The notes under the pieces: model-generated | Databases searched by the model: none | What the model was told of the DNA's origin: nothing | What the model saw: only the letters and a program-made list of their open reading frames with translations | Program-made: the position numbers and the translations under genes | Origin: Candidatus Sungiibacteriota bacterium | Lineage (GTDB): Bacteria; Patescibacteriota; Minisyncoccia; Sungbacterales; HO2-52-23 | Assembly: GCA_016181585.1 (NCBI GenBank) | Contig: JACOYX010000015.1 | Location: forward strand, 8,152-72,151 | Length of the DNA: 64,000 nucleotides | Reading direction: 5' to 3' | Part shown: positions 55,640 to 64,000 of the stretch, piece after piece | How the letters are laid out: the number at the start of each line of letters is the position of its first letter | Numbering within the stretch: the first letter of the stretch is position 1

Positions 55640-57088
55640 TTGGAGGTTGGCGACGGTATCGCGAAAATTTACGGGCTTGCCGGTGCGGCTTCGCAGGAAA
55701 TGCTTTCGTTTGAAACGTCGGCCGGAGAAGTGATCGGCATTGCCTTCAATCTTGAAGAGGATTTTGTGGGAGCGGTGATTGTGGGCGATTATTCGCGCAT
55801 CAAAGAAGGGGATTTGGTAAAACCAACAGGAAAAGTGCTTTCGGTACCGGTGGGTGACGAGCTTATCGGCCGCGTACTGGATCCTTTGGGCAATCCGCAG
55901 GATGGCAAGGGTCCGGTTTTCAGCGGCAAAAAAGTGCTGGAATTATTCCCTGTGGAGCGTATGGCGCCTTCGGTTACCGCCCGCGAATCGGTTAATACGC
56001 CATTGCACACCGGCATAAAAGCGATAGACAGCATGATCCCCATCGGCCGCGGACAGCGCGAGCTTATTATCGGCGACCGGCAAATCGGCAAAACTTCCAT
56101 TGCGGTTGATACGATTATCAACCAAGGTCGCGACAAACGGTACCGCACTCCTATCTGCATTTACGCGGCGATCGGCCAAAAGGAGTCAAAAGTCGCAAAA
56201 ATAGTACAGACACTTAAAGAGCAGGGAGCGCTCGAATATACAATAGTAGTTTCAGCTCCCGCCTCAATGCCTGCCTCTCTTTGGTATTTAGCTCCCTATA
56301 CCGCTTGCGCCATTGGAGAGTATTTTATGCAAAAAGGGCAGGATGCGCTGGTAATTTATGACGATTTGTCCAAGCATGCATGGGCGTATCGCGAACTTTC
56401 TCTGCTCCTGCGCCGCCCGCCGGGCCGTGAAGCGTATCCAGGAGATATTTTTTATCTTCATTCGCGGCTTCTTGAGCGCGCGGCGAAGTTGAACAAAGAG
56501 CTTGGCGGAGGATCGCTTACGGCGCTTCCGATCATCGAGACGCAGTTGGGCGATGTGTCGGCATATATTCCCACCAACGTCATTTCCATTACCGATGGGC
56601 AGATTTATCTTGAGCCCGAACTTTTTTACAAAGGGACTCGCCCTGCGGTGAATGCGGGACTTTCGGTATCGCGCGTGGGTTCTGCAGCGCAGACGAAAGC
56701 CATGAAAAAAGTAGCCGGAAAACTGCGCCTTGAACTTGCGCAGTTCCGAGAACTTGCGGCGTTTGCGCAATTCGCTTCCGAACTCGACGAGTCAACGCGA
56801 AAGCGCCTTGTCCGCGGGCAGGTTTTGACAGAGCTTTTAAAGCAACCTGAACTTGGGCCTCTGCCGTTTGAAAAGCAAGTTGCAGTTATTTTTGCAGGAA
56901 CACAAGGATATTTTGATGCGATAGAAATTTCTCTTGTCTCGCGCCGAGCCGCTCTTTTGACGGAGTATCTCGAAAAAATGCACCGCGAAGCTATTTTGGA
57001 TGCGATCCGCGAATCGGGCGAATTGACGAAAGAAATCGAGGAAAAATTGCGTGCGGCGATCGAAGAATTTAATACTATAGAGCATTAG
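55640..57088 (+). CDS. atpA: F-type ATP synthase subunit alpha, N-terminally short
   Basis: TTG 55640 ([13 protein letters not shown]). The frame is open only back to the stop at 55610 (possible ATT 55613: IKAEKIGRV). Walker [10 protein letters not shown]. About 20-25 canonical N-terminal residues are absent. Confidence 0.93.
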   Translation: MEVGDGIAKIYGLAGAASQEMLSFETSAGEVIGIAFNLEEDFVGAVIVGDYSRIKEGDLVKPTGKVLSVPVGDELIGRVLDPLGNPQDGKGPVFSGKKVLELFPVERMAPSVTARESVNTPLHTGIKAIDSMIPIGRGQRELIIGDRQIGKTSIAVDTIINQGRDKRYRTPICIYAAIGQKESKVAKIVQTLKEQGALEYTIVVSAPASMPASLWYLAPYTACAIGEYFMQKGQDALVIYDDLSKHAWAYRELSLLLRRPPGREAYPGDIFYLHSRLLERAAKLNKELGGGSLTALPIIETQLGDVSAYIPTNVISITDGQIYLEPELFYKGTRPAVNAGLSVSRVGSAAQTKAMKKVAGKLRLELAQFRELAAFAQFASELDESTRKRLVRGQVLTELLKQPELGPLPFEKQVAVIFAGTQGYFDAIEISLVSRRAALLTEYLEKMHREAILDAIRESGELTKEIEEKLRAAIEEFNTIEH

Positions 57089-57123
57089 AATACGAATAGT
57101 CTTTTCAAGCATTTTCTTAAACC

Positions 57124-58044
57124 ATGCAATCCACCCGCGACATAAAAAAACGCATTCGGTCAGTGAAAAATATCTCGCAAATTACCAAAGCGATGGAGGT
57201 TGTTTCTGCGACAAAAATGCGTAAATCACAAGAGTTTGCGATCCGCGCGCGTCCGTTCGCTACCGCCTCGCTTGAACTTTTAAATAATTTACTTCTGCGT
57301 ACCGAGACACTTCCGCCGTTTCTTATTCCCCGTCCGGTGAAAAAAACTGCAGTGCTTGTCGTAACTTCCGACAAGGGACTTGCGGGGGCATTTAATGCCA
57401 ATGTTTTGCGGAAAGCCGAAGCGCATATCGCTGGAATAAATATCCCTTACACTCTTGTAACGGTTGGGAAAAAAGCACGCGATCATTTCTTTCTTCGCAA
57501 TATCTCCATTGATAGAAGTTTTTGGGGATTTGGCGACTACACTAAAATTCAGGATACCCTGCCGGTTGCCGATTATCTTCTGAACGGATTTTCAAGCGTG
57601 GCGTGGGACGAGCTCTATGCGGTGTATACCAATTTCCGCTCGACATTGCGGCAGGAAACGGTAGTAAAAAAAATCCTCCCTGCAACGCGGGAGGGGCTTG
57701 AAGATGCGGTACGTGGAATTTTGCCGGAGCGCGGACGGTTTGCCGAGGGCGTATCGGGGGAGTCAAAATTTGCGGCGGGCTACAACTTCGAGTATGCCTT
57801 TGAACCTTCATCTGCTGAAATTCTTGAATCGCTTATTCCGCAGATTCTTCGCATGCACCTGCATCATATTATTCTTGAATCGAACGCGTCGGAACATTCG
57901 GCGCGAATGGTGGCAATGAAAAATGCTTCGGAGAGCGCCGGAGAGCTTATCACCGATCTTTCGCTGGTATACAACAAAACGCGCCAAGCGGGGATTACGC
58001 GGGAGCTCACGGAGATTACGGCAGGATCAACGTCAACTGCTTGA
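57124..58044 (+). CDS. atpG: F-type ATP synthase subunit gamma
   Basis: I..VKNISQITKAMEVVSATKMRK and C-terminal ITRELTEI. Confidence 0.9.
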   Translation: MQSTRDIKKRIRSVKNISQITKAMEVVSATKMRKSQEFAIRARPFATASLELLNNLLLRTETLPPFLIPRPVKKTAVLVVTSDKGLAGAFNANVLRKAEAHIAGINIPYTLVTVGKKARDHFFLRNISIDRSFWGFGDYTKIQDTLPVADYLLNGFSSVAWDELYAVYTNFRSTLRQETVVKKILPATREGLEDAVRGILPERGRFAEGVSGESKFAAGYNFEYAFEPSSAEILESLIPQILRMHLHHIILESNASEHSARMVAMKNASESAGELITDLSLVYNKTRQAGITRELTEITAGSTSTA

Positions 58045-58130
58045 CGTTGACGGGAGATTTTGGCGTCCCCGCGAGTCGTTAAAAATCGCCCAGGGCTTCG
58101 CCGAGGGAGCGAAGATAGGCACTGGGGAAA

Positions 58131-58149
58131 TAGACCGATCCTAATAAAA
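58131..58149. repeat. F1 solo left end
   Basis: TAGACCGATCCTAATAAAA versus TAGATCCGTCCCCTAATAAC. Confidence 0.45.
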
Positions 58150-58193
58150 TATGCCGGAGAGATTCCGACATATGAGTGCTTTTAGACGATTTT

Positions 58194-58274
58194 TTAAGGA
58201 ACTTGATTATTGCGGCAGGTGTTCCAAGCGACCCAAACGGCAAATGCTACAATTACAGCTAATGGTCCGAACAT
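58194..58274 (-). CDS. sORF-3, 26-aa hydrophobic peptide
   Basis: Own translation: AGGGGG-N5-ATG. The SD overlaps the last codons of sORF-2 and the ATG is 2 nt after its stop. MFGPLAVIVAFAVWVAWNTCRNNQVP*. Confidence 0.5.
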   Translation of the reverse strand: MFGPLAVIVAFAVWVAWNTCRNNQVP

Positions 58275-58276
58275 GG

Positions 58277-58354
58277 TTACCCCCTTATAAGTATATAAAT
58301 AATGGCAACTGTAGCCAAAGCACCGACGACGTATCGAATAGTCTCTCCGTCCAT
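58277..58354 (-). CDS. sORF-2, 25-aa hydrophobic peptide
   Basis: Own translation: TAAGGAG-N8-ATG; MDGETIRYVVGALATVAIIYILIRG*. Starts 20 nt after the sORF-1 stop. Confidence 0.5.
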   Translation of the reverse strand: MDGETIRYVVGALATVAIIYILIRG

Positions 58355-58374
58355 TTTCACTTCTCCTTAATTTC

Positions 58375-58446
58375 TTATAGGTTAAGCAATTTATATATCA
58401 CAACTCCACAAAGAACAACAAGCCCTACCAAAAGTAATGACATCAT
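58375..58446 (-). CDS. sORF-1, 23-aa hydrophobic peptide
   Basis: Own translation: AAGGAG-N11-ATGATG; MMSLLLVGLVVLCGVVIYKLLNL*. Single predicted TM helix. Confidence 0.4.
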   Translation of the reverse strand: MMSLLLVGLVVLCGVVIYKLLNL

Positions 58447-58448
58447 AA

Positions 58449-59879
<1,431 letters not shown>

Positions 59880-59880
59880 A

Positions 59881-60000
59881 ATGCAAAATTTAAAAATTAA
59901 AATGTAAAGGAAGCGTGTCGCTTCGCGGAGAATTTATATAAAAATTTATGAGCGAAACGAATACCAAATTTTTTTCATTTTGATTTTTAAATTTTTAATT
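59881..60000. repeat. F2 element between atpD and atpC
   Basis: Arms AAAATTTAAAAATTAAAATG / CATTTTGATTTTTAAATTTTTAATTT. Core GAAGCG-TGT-CGCTTC. Confidence 0.65.
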
Positions 60001-60003
60001 TCT

Positions 60004-60267
60004 ATGAAAGTTTCCATCTACTCCATTCAAAATACCCTCTATGAAGGGGATGCGGAAAAACTCATCATCAAAACGCCGATGGGGGAGATTGCGGTACTTG
60101 AAAACCACTTGCCGATAGTTTCTAAAGTCATCGGCCCGTCAGCAAAAATTATTGACAAAAATAAAAAAGAGCATACAATTAAACTATCATCCGGTTTTAT
60201 TGAGGTACGCCATCAAGAGACTGGCGGAGAAAGCCGTGTAGTCATTTTGGCGGAAGGAGAGAAATAA
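60004..60267 (+). CDS. atpC: F-type ATP synthase subunit epsilon (beta-sandwich only, 87 aa)
   Basis: ATG 60004 (MKVSIYS...) within ORF 59980..60267. G.I.VL.NH.P pattern. No C-terminal helical hairpin. Confidence 0.8.
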   Translation: MKVSIYSIQNTLYEGDAEKLIIKTPMGEIAVLENHLPIVSKVIGPSAKIIDKNKKEHTIKLSSGFIEVRHQETGGESRVVILAEGEK

Positions 60268-60273
60268 AATCTT

Positions 60274-60735
60274 ATGCTCCCTGAACCATTTCTCAAGTTC
60301 AAATATTCCATGGAGCACTACACTGCCGGAGCGTATGTGGTGCGGTGTTTCGATGACCGCGAGCAGTTTCGAAAAGGTTTTGACGATGTTATGCATACGC
60401 TCGATTTGGAGCACTACGACGGTCCGGTGTCGCTTGCCGGAGGCGCAAAAGTTCTTGCAAAACCGGAACATGAGCATATTGCCGATTTTTTTTCAGGTGA
60501 AATCGCAAAATCGGAGAAACTGCATCATACTAAGCGGGTTATACTTTTTTCCCATCATGACTGCGGCGCATGCGGAGGGTTTGCGGCGTTCGATAACGAC
60601 TACGAAAAAGAGTTTGAATTTCATAAAGAAGAATTGCATCGAAAAGCGCGGGAAAGTATTTTACAAAAATTTCCCAATATGCATATTGATTGCTTCTTTA
60701 TTGGGCACAACGGTGCACACAAATTTTCTTTTTAG
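60274..60735 (+). CDS. hypothetical protein with beta-carbonic-anhydrase-like zinc motifs
   Basis: VVRCFDDR (CxDxR) at residues 25-29 and SHHDCGACGG (HxxC) at 94-97, with an intervening LAGG. Fold assignment is tentative. Confidence 0.45.
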   Translation: MLPEPFLKFKYSMEHYTAGAYVVRCFDDREQFRKGFDDVMHTLDLEHYDGPVSLAGGAKVLAKPEHEHIADFFSGEIAKSEKLHHTKRVILFSHHDCGACGGFAAFDNDYEKEFEFHKEELHRKARESILQKFPNMHIDCFFIGHNGAHKFSF

Positions 60736-60783
60736 CGTGCCCGGAAAATTAAAATACCCCACTATCGGGGTATTTGTTATATC

Positions 60784-60854
60784 AGATCTACTGCAAATAA
60801 TGTGTTTCAGCGATTTTGGCGCGAATTTAATTTTCGCATTGTGCAATGGGTCTA
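60784..60854. repeat. F1 element, 71 bp
   Basis: AGATCTACTGCAAATAATGTG ... CATTGTGCAATGGGTCTA (the right end matches the left end of the copy at 90). Abuts the IDO-like stop codon. Confidence 0.75.
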
Positions 60855-60856
60855 CC

Positions 60857-62107
60857 TTATTTTTTTATCACTCTGCGCGGCGGCGGATGGATTAAAAAAG
60901 ATTTTGCGTGCTCGTGCAAACGCTCGAGCCATGCAAGCGGTGTTCCTCCCGTGCCGTGGGTGTCGCCAAATTCTTTAATATAGTCGCTGGCAAGAGAGAA
61001 ATGCTCCGCACGCCAATCCACTACGAACTGCGCAAGCGCGTTGTAACTCCGGACTAGCCGGGGATTTTTTTTACCGTAGAGATCAACAAACGAGCGGATA
61101 TTCCAGTGTGCAAGCGTGCTCTCTACCAGCGCGCGGTGATGGCCGGACATATACAGCCTCATTTCCGGAAAATATGGAATATGCGCAGGATACATTCCCA
61201 AAAGGGAAAGGATGGTGTGCATGAATGGTGTCTGTCCTCCGGTTTCCCCATAAAAACTCTTAGGCGTCTCACTTACTCCCTCAAACACTACATTTTTTGG
61301 AAAAATATAGAATTTACGGACACTATCGAAGTATGTGCGATAGTCACACTGCTCGCGCATGCGTTTGAATATCGCAAGAGTTGTTTCAAGCGCAATCACC
61401 GCATCCTGCATTTTCACGATAACAACATCTGTCGCCTCTTTTTTATGATCAATCAGTTCAATGAAGTGCGCGGCAATAAGCAAGTCGGTTAAGGCTGGCG
61501 CCACGGTTTTCTCGATCACCTGGTGAATATTTACAAACCACTCCTCGTCTCTGGTGCCCGTGAACGAGTGTACGAGCTTGATGTTTTTAAGCGAAATCTT
61601 TTTTGTTTTGTCGGGAATGTCGTAGTTATAAAGAGAATACAGCATATAGGAAAATGATGGAACGGTTTTTATCTCTTGCGCAACCAACCATAACGGCTTT
61701 GCAAGTTTTGCAGGTAGTATTTTTATTGAGGAATCTTTTTGCACTTCGCCCGCCGTTTCATATTCCAGTGTTTCATTGAAATATGAATGAGTCAGGATTC
61801 CCAGCATGTGCATAAGCCAATATTGCTGGCGCGTGCTAATATACCTAAAAAAGTAATAGTTCGAGATGGGTGGAAGATGCGCCAGCGTTTCTGTAATGCG
61901 TTTTTCCCGAATAAGATTCGGCAGATTGTCTGTTGCGGTTTGCAACGCTTCAAAGTATTCGGTATATAGATTGTTGAAATTCTCCATTGGAGACAATGTA
62001 AGTACTGGATTTTCAGCTAAAAAACCGAATTCCGGTGATGCATAATGCGTTTCAAGCAATGCACGAACTTGTATATTCGCCGTATCAAGCGCTTTACTGG
62101 AGTTCAT
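60857..62107 (-). CDS. indoleamine 2,3-dioxygenase (IDO/PrnB)-family haem protein
   Basis: ETGGQTPFMHTILSLLGM, FPEMRLYMSGHHRALV, WRAEHFSLASDYI...THGTGGT (proximal His region) match IDO signatures. Confidence 0.75.
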   Translation of the reverse strand: MNSSKALDTANIQVRALLETHYASPEFGFLAENPVLTLSPMENFNNLYTEYFEALQTATDNLPNLIREKRITETLAHLPPISNYYFFRYISTRQQYWLMHMLGILTHSYFNETLEYETAGEVQKDSSIKILPAKLAKPLWLVAQEIKTVPSFSYMLYSLYNYDIPDKTKKISLKNIKLVHSFTGTRDEEWFVNIHQVIEKTVAPALTDLLIAAHFIELIDHKKEATDVVIVKMQDAVIALETTLAIFKRMREQCDYRTYFDSVRKFYIFPKNVVFEGVSETPKSFYGETGGQTPFMHTILSLLGMYPAHIPYFPEMRLYMSGHHRALVESTLAHWNIRSFVDLYGKKNPRLVRSYNALAQFVVDWRAEHFSLASDYIKEFGDTHGTGGTPLAWLERLHEHAKSFLIHPPPRRVIKK

Positions 62108-62198
62108 ATGTAGCCTCTCTTTCTTTTTTAATATTATTAATGTTCAGGTACTATATAAATATACTATTTTTTAATATTTGTCAACGCGTGCGCATAAT

Positions 62199-62316
62199 GG
62201 ATCTCCTGCCAAATACCATTTCTCCTGCAAATGATGAATTTCTGCCAAAATAGCTTCAAAACTTTTTGGCTTATCTTCCAGATAGACCTCAAGGTTTTGG
62301 TATTTGGCAGGAGACC
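62199..62316. repeat. F1b element copy B, 118 bp with intact terminal inverted repeats
   Basis: GGATCTCCTGCCAAATACCA ... TGGTATTTGGCAGGAGACC. Lies between the IDO-like and dinB starts. Confidence 0.85.
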
Positions 62317-62323
62317 CATAATC

Positions 62324-63400
62324 ATGAAAATTATCGGACATCTTGATATGGACGCATTTTTCGCTTCAGTAGAGGAACGGGATCATGAATTTCTCCGCGG
62401 CTTTCCCATTGTTGTCGGCGCCGACCCAGATGAAGGGAGAGGAAGGGGGGTGGTTTCGACGGCAAATTATAAAGCGCGCAAATTCGGCATCCATTCCGCC
62501 ATGCCGATCAGTAAAGCGTGGCGGCTTGCGGAAGATGCACGAAAACGCGGTGAAGAAAAAACAATGTTTCTTGTGCCATACTTTTTACGGTATCGAGAAT
62601 CATCCGCGAAAGTATTTTCCATTTTGCGCGCGTATGCGCCGCACATAGAAGAGGCGAGCGTGGATGAGGCGTATTTCGATATCAGTTTTGCAGGATCATA
62701 TGAACAAGCGGAAATAATTTGCCTGAATATAAAAAATGAAATTCGGGAGAAAGAAAAATTAACCGCGTCAATCGGTGTCGGCCCCAATAAATTAATTGCT
62801 AAAATCGCTTCCGACCGGCAAAAGCCCGACGGTCTTACTGTGGTAGAGGAAAGCGAGGCAGAGGAATTTTTGGCGCCTCTTTCGATTCGCGTAATTCCTG
62901 GCATTGGTCCCAAAACCGAGCTTCTTTTGAATGCACAAGGAGTGAAATATATCGCGGATTTAAAACACTATTCGAAAGATAAACTTCAAACAATGCTCGG
63001 CAAAGGGGGGCTTGTATTATATGAGAAGATCAGAGGCCGGGGAAGCGCGGTTATTCAAGAAAAACCGAACATAGCTAAATCGGTAGGGGAGCAGGAAACA
63101 TTCAGCCGCGACACACTCGATTCGGTATTTATTCTCGAACGGCTTCAGGATTTATCGCGCACGGTGCTTTCTCGATTTCGGCAGGAAGGCTTTTTGGTAT
63201 TCAGTACCGTAACTATCACTGTGCGTTTCGCAAATTTTAAAACAGTTACGCGTGCGCATACGCTCGCAAAATCTGCTGAAACCGCAGAAGTTTTATATTT
63301 TGAAGCGCTTAAATTGCTTATGCCGTTTTTGGACAGCCGCGAAAATCCGAAGAAAAAGTTGATACGTTTGGTGGGAGTAAGAGTGGAAAAATTGGGGTAG
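62324..63400 (+). CDS. dinB: DNA polymerase IV (Y-family)
   Basis: ORF from 62231 runs through a repeat; ATG 62324 gives MKIIGHLDMDAFFASVE. SIGVGPNKLIAKIASD. Confidence 0.93.
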   Translation: MKIIGHLDMDAFFASVEERDHEFLRGFPIVVGADPDEGRGRGVVSTANYKARKFGIHSAMPISKAWRLAEDARKRGEEKTMFLVPYFLRYRESSAKVFSILRAYAPHIEEASVDEAYFDISFAGSYEQAEIICLNIKNEIREKEKLTASIGVGPNKLIAKIASDRQKPDGLTVVEESEAEEFLAPLSIRVIPGIGPKTELLLNAQGVKYIADLKHYSKDKLQTMLGKGGLVLYEKIRGRGSAVIQEKPNIAKSVGEQETFSRDTLDSVFILERLQDLSRTVLSRFRQEGFLVFSTVTITVRFANFKTVTRAHTLAKSAETAEVLYFEALKLLMPFLDSRENPKKKLIRLVGVRVEKLG

Positions 63401-63492
63401 GCGACAATGAAAATTTAATTCGTACAAACCTTGAAATTCTGGTATGATAATGGCAATTATTCAGTAAGCAGTGTGGTGTATAGATTAATTTT

Positions 63493-64000
63493 ATGGAATC
63501 AACATCTTCGTTATCATCGGTACCTGTGGTTAATTTACCGGAGACGCAGGGAACTTTGCCTCCGGCGCTAAAGTTTTTTGCCGATGCGTTTGCGTTTTAC
63601 AAAGCGCATTTTGCAATTATTGCCGCTATTGGTCTTGTGCCTATTGCATTGGGTGTGCTTGGCACAATAGCCGGTATTATTTCAGCGCCAGCTTCATTAA
63701 TCTTGGGATTACTTTCGTTTGTAGCGGGAATTTTTGCGTGGCTTGCGTTTTTTGATTTAGTTCGCGCGGATGGCAATCCGGAAGGCGGCACCAAAGGCGC
63801 ATATCTTCGCGGCAGAAAAATGTTTGCGCCGTATGCGATCATTTTGCTTTTGCAGAACCTTGCCGTGGTTGGCGGCGCTTTTCTTTTTATTATTCCCGGT
63901 GTTATTTTCTCTATTTTGCTTGGCCAAGCGGTGTATGCCTATATTTTTGAAAATAAAAAAGGCATGGATGCGTTGATAACCAGTTGGCATTATGTGCGGG
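63493..64000 (+). CDS. hypothetical membrane protein (5' partial, runs off the window)
   Basis: Own translation from ATG 63493: open to the window end (169 codons), several hydrophobic helices. Absent from the ORF track because there is no stop. Confidence 0.6.
   Translation, partial: MESTSSLSSVPVVNLPETQGTLPPALKFFADAFAFYKAHFAIIAAIGLVPIALGVLGTIAGIISAPASLILGLLSFVAGIFAWLAFFDLVRADGNPEGGTKGAYLRGRKMFAPYAIILLLQNLAVVGGAFLFIIPGVIFSILLGQAVYAYIFENKKGMDALITSWHYVR

Noticed and set aside
60335-60895. 186-aa ORF overlapping 60274..60735 in another frame.
   Set aside because: The composition is not protein-like and it crosses the F1 repeat. The 60274 frame carries the CxDxR/HxxC motifs and abuts atpC.
62231-62323. 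N-terminal extension of DinB (MMNFCQNSFKTFWLIFQ...) and the same peptide encoded at 45383.
   Set aside because: The segment is the 100%-identical repeat core. DinB homology begins at MKIIGHLDMDAFF (ATG 62324). Identical DNA gives no evidence for translation.

Overview
This is a compact 64-kb chromosomal segment with about 67 protein genes, roughly 85% on the + strand, often abutting or overlapping by 1-4 nt. The gene content is almost entirely housekeeping, and many proteins are shortened. This suggests a small-genome, uncultivated bacterium (CPR/Patescibacteria-like); that assignment is inference only.

Gene blocks, in order:
- tgt-rsmE-FKBP-csaA-like
- ADP-ribosylglycohydrolase
- prmC-tlyA-rseP
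- a thiol/disulfide redox cluster: FAD oxidoreductase, DsbA-like, glutaredoxin, TlpA-like, DUF3105, trxB
- gdhA, gap, proS
- mreBCD-mrdA, greA
- lysS, NUDIX, serS
- an envelope block: transglutaminase-like, DegT aminotransferase, FemAB, FtsQ-like
- two tandem GT39 glycosyltransferases
- an orphan TraD/VirD4-like ATPase module, then GtrA
- hrcA(CIRCE)-grpE-dnaK-(membrane protein)-dnaJ
- divergent uvrC/uvrA, then truB
- the F1Fo operon atpBEFHAG | atpDC
- a beta-carbonic-anhydrase-like protein, an IDO-like protein, dinB

I recognised no rRNA, tRNA, CRISPR array, transposase or integrase.

Features the genes do not explain:
1. A 700-bp protein-free, GC-rich gap (31.87-32.48 kb) holds two convergent structured RNA candidates. 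One of them (~375 nt, minus strand) lies between a near-consensus promoter and a strong intrinsic terminator, and I could not assign it to a known RNA class.
2. Three translationally coupled tiny hydrophobic ORFs (23/25/26 aa), each with a Shine-Dalgarno sequence, lie antisense between atpG and atpD.
3. At least five families of short palindromic/MITE-like repeats occupy most intergenic spacers. Two of them sit in frame inside coding sequences (an oxidoreductase and uvrC). One donates a stop codon. One abuts an N-terminally shortened atpA.
4. The ATP synthase alpha N-terminus and the delta N-domain are both shortened.

All functional calls rest on motif recognition by eye. No database search was run.
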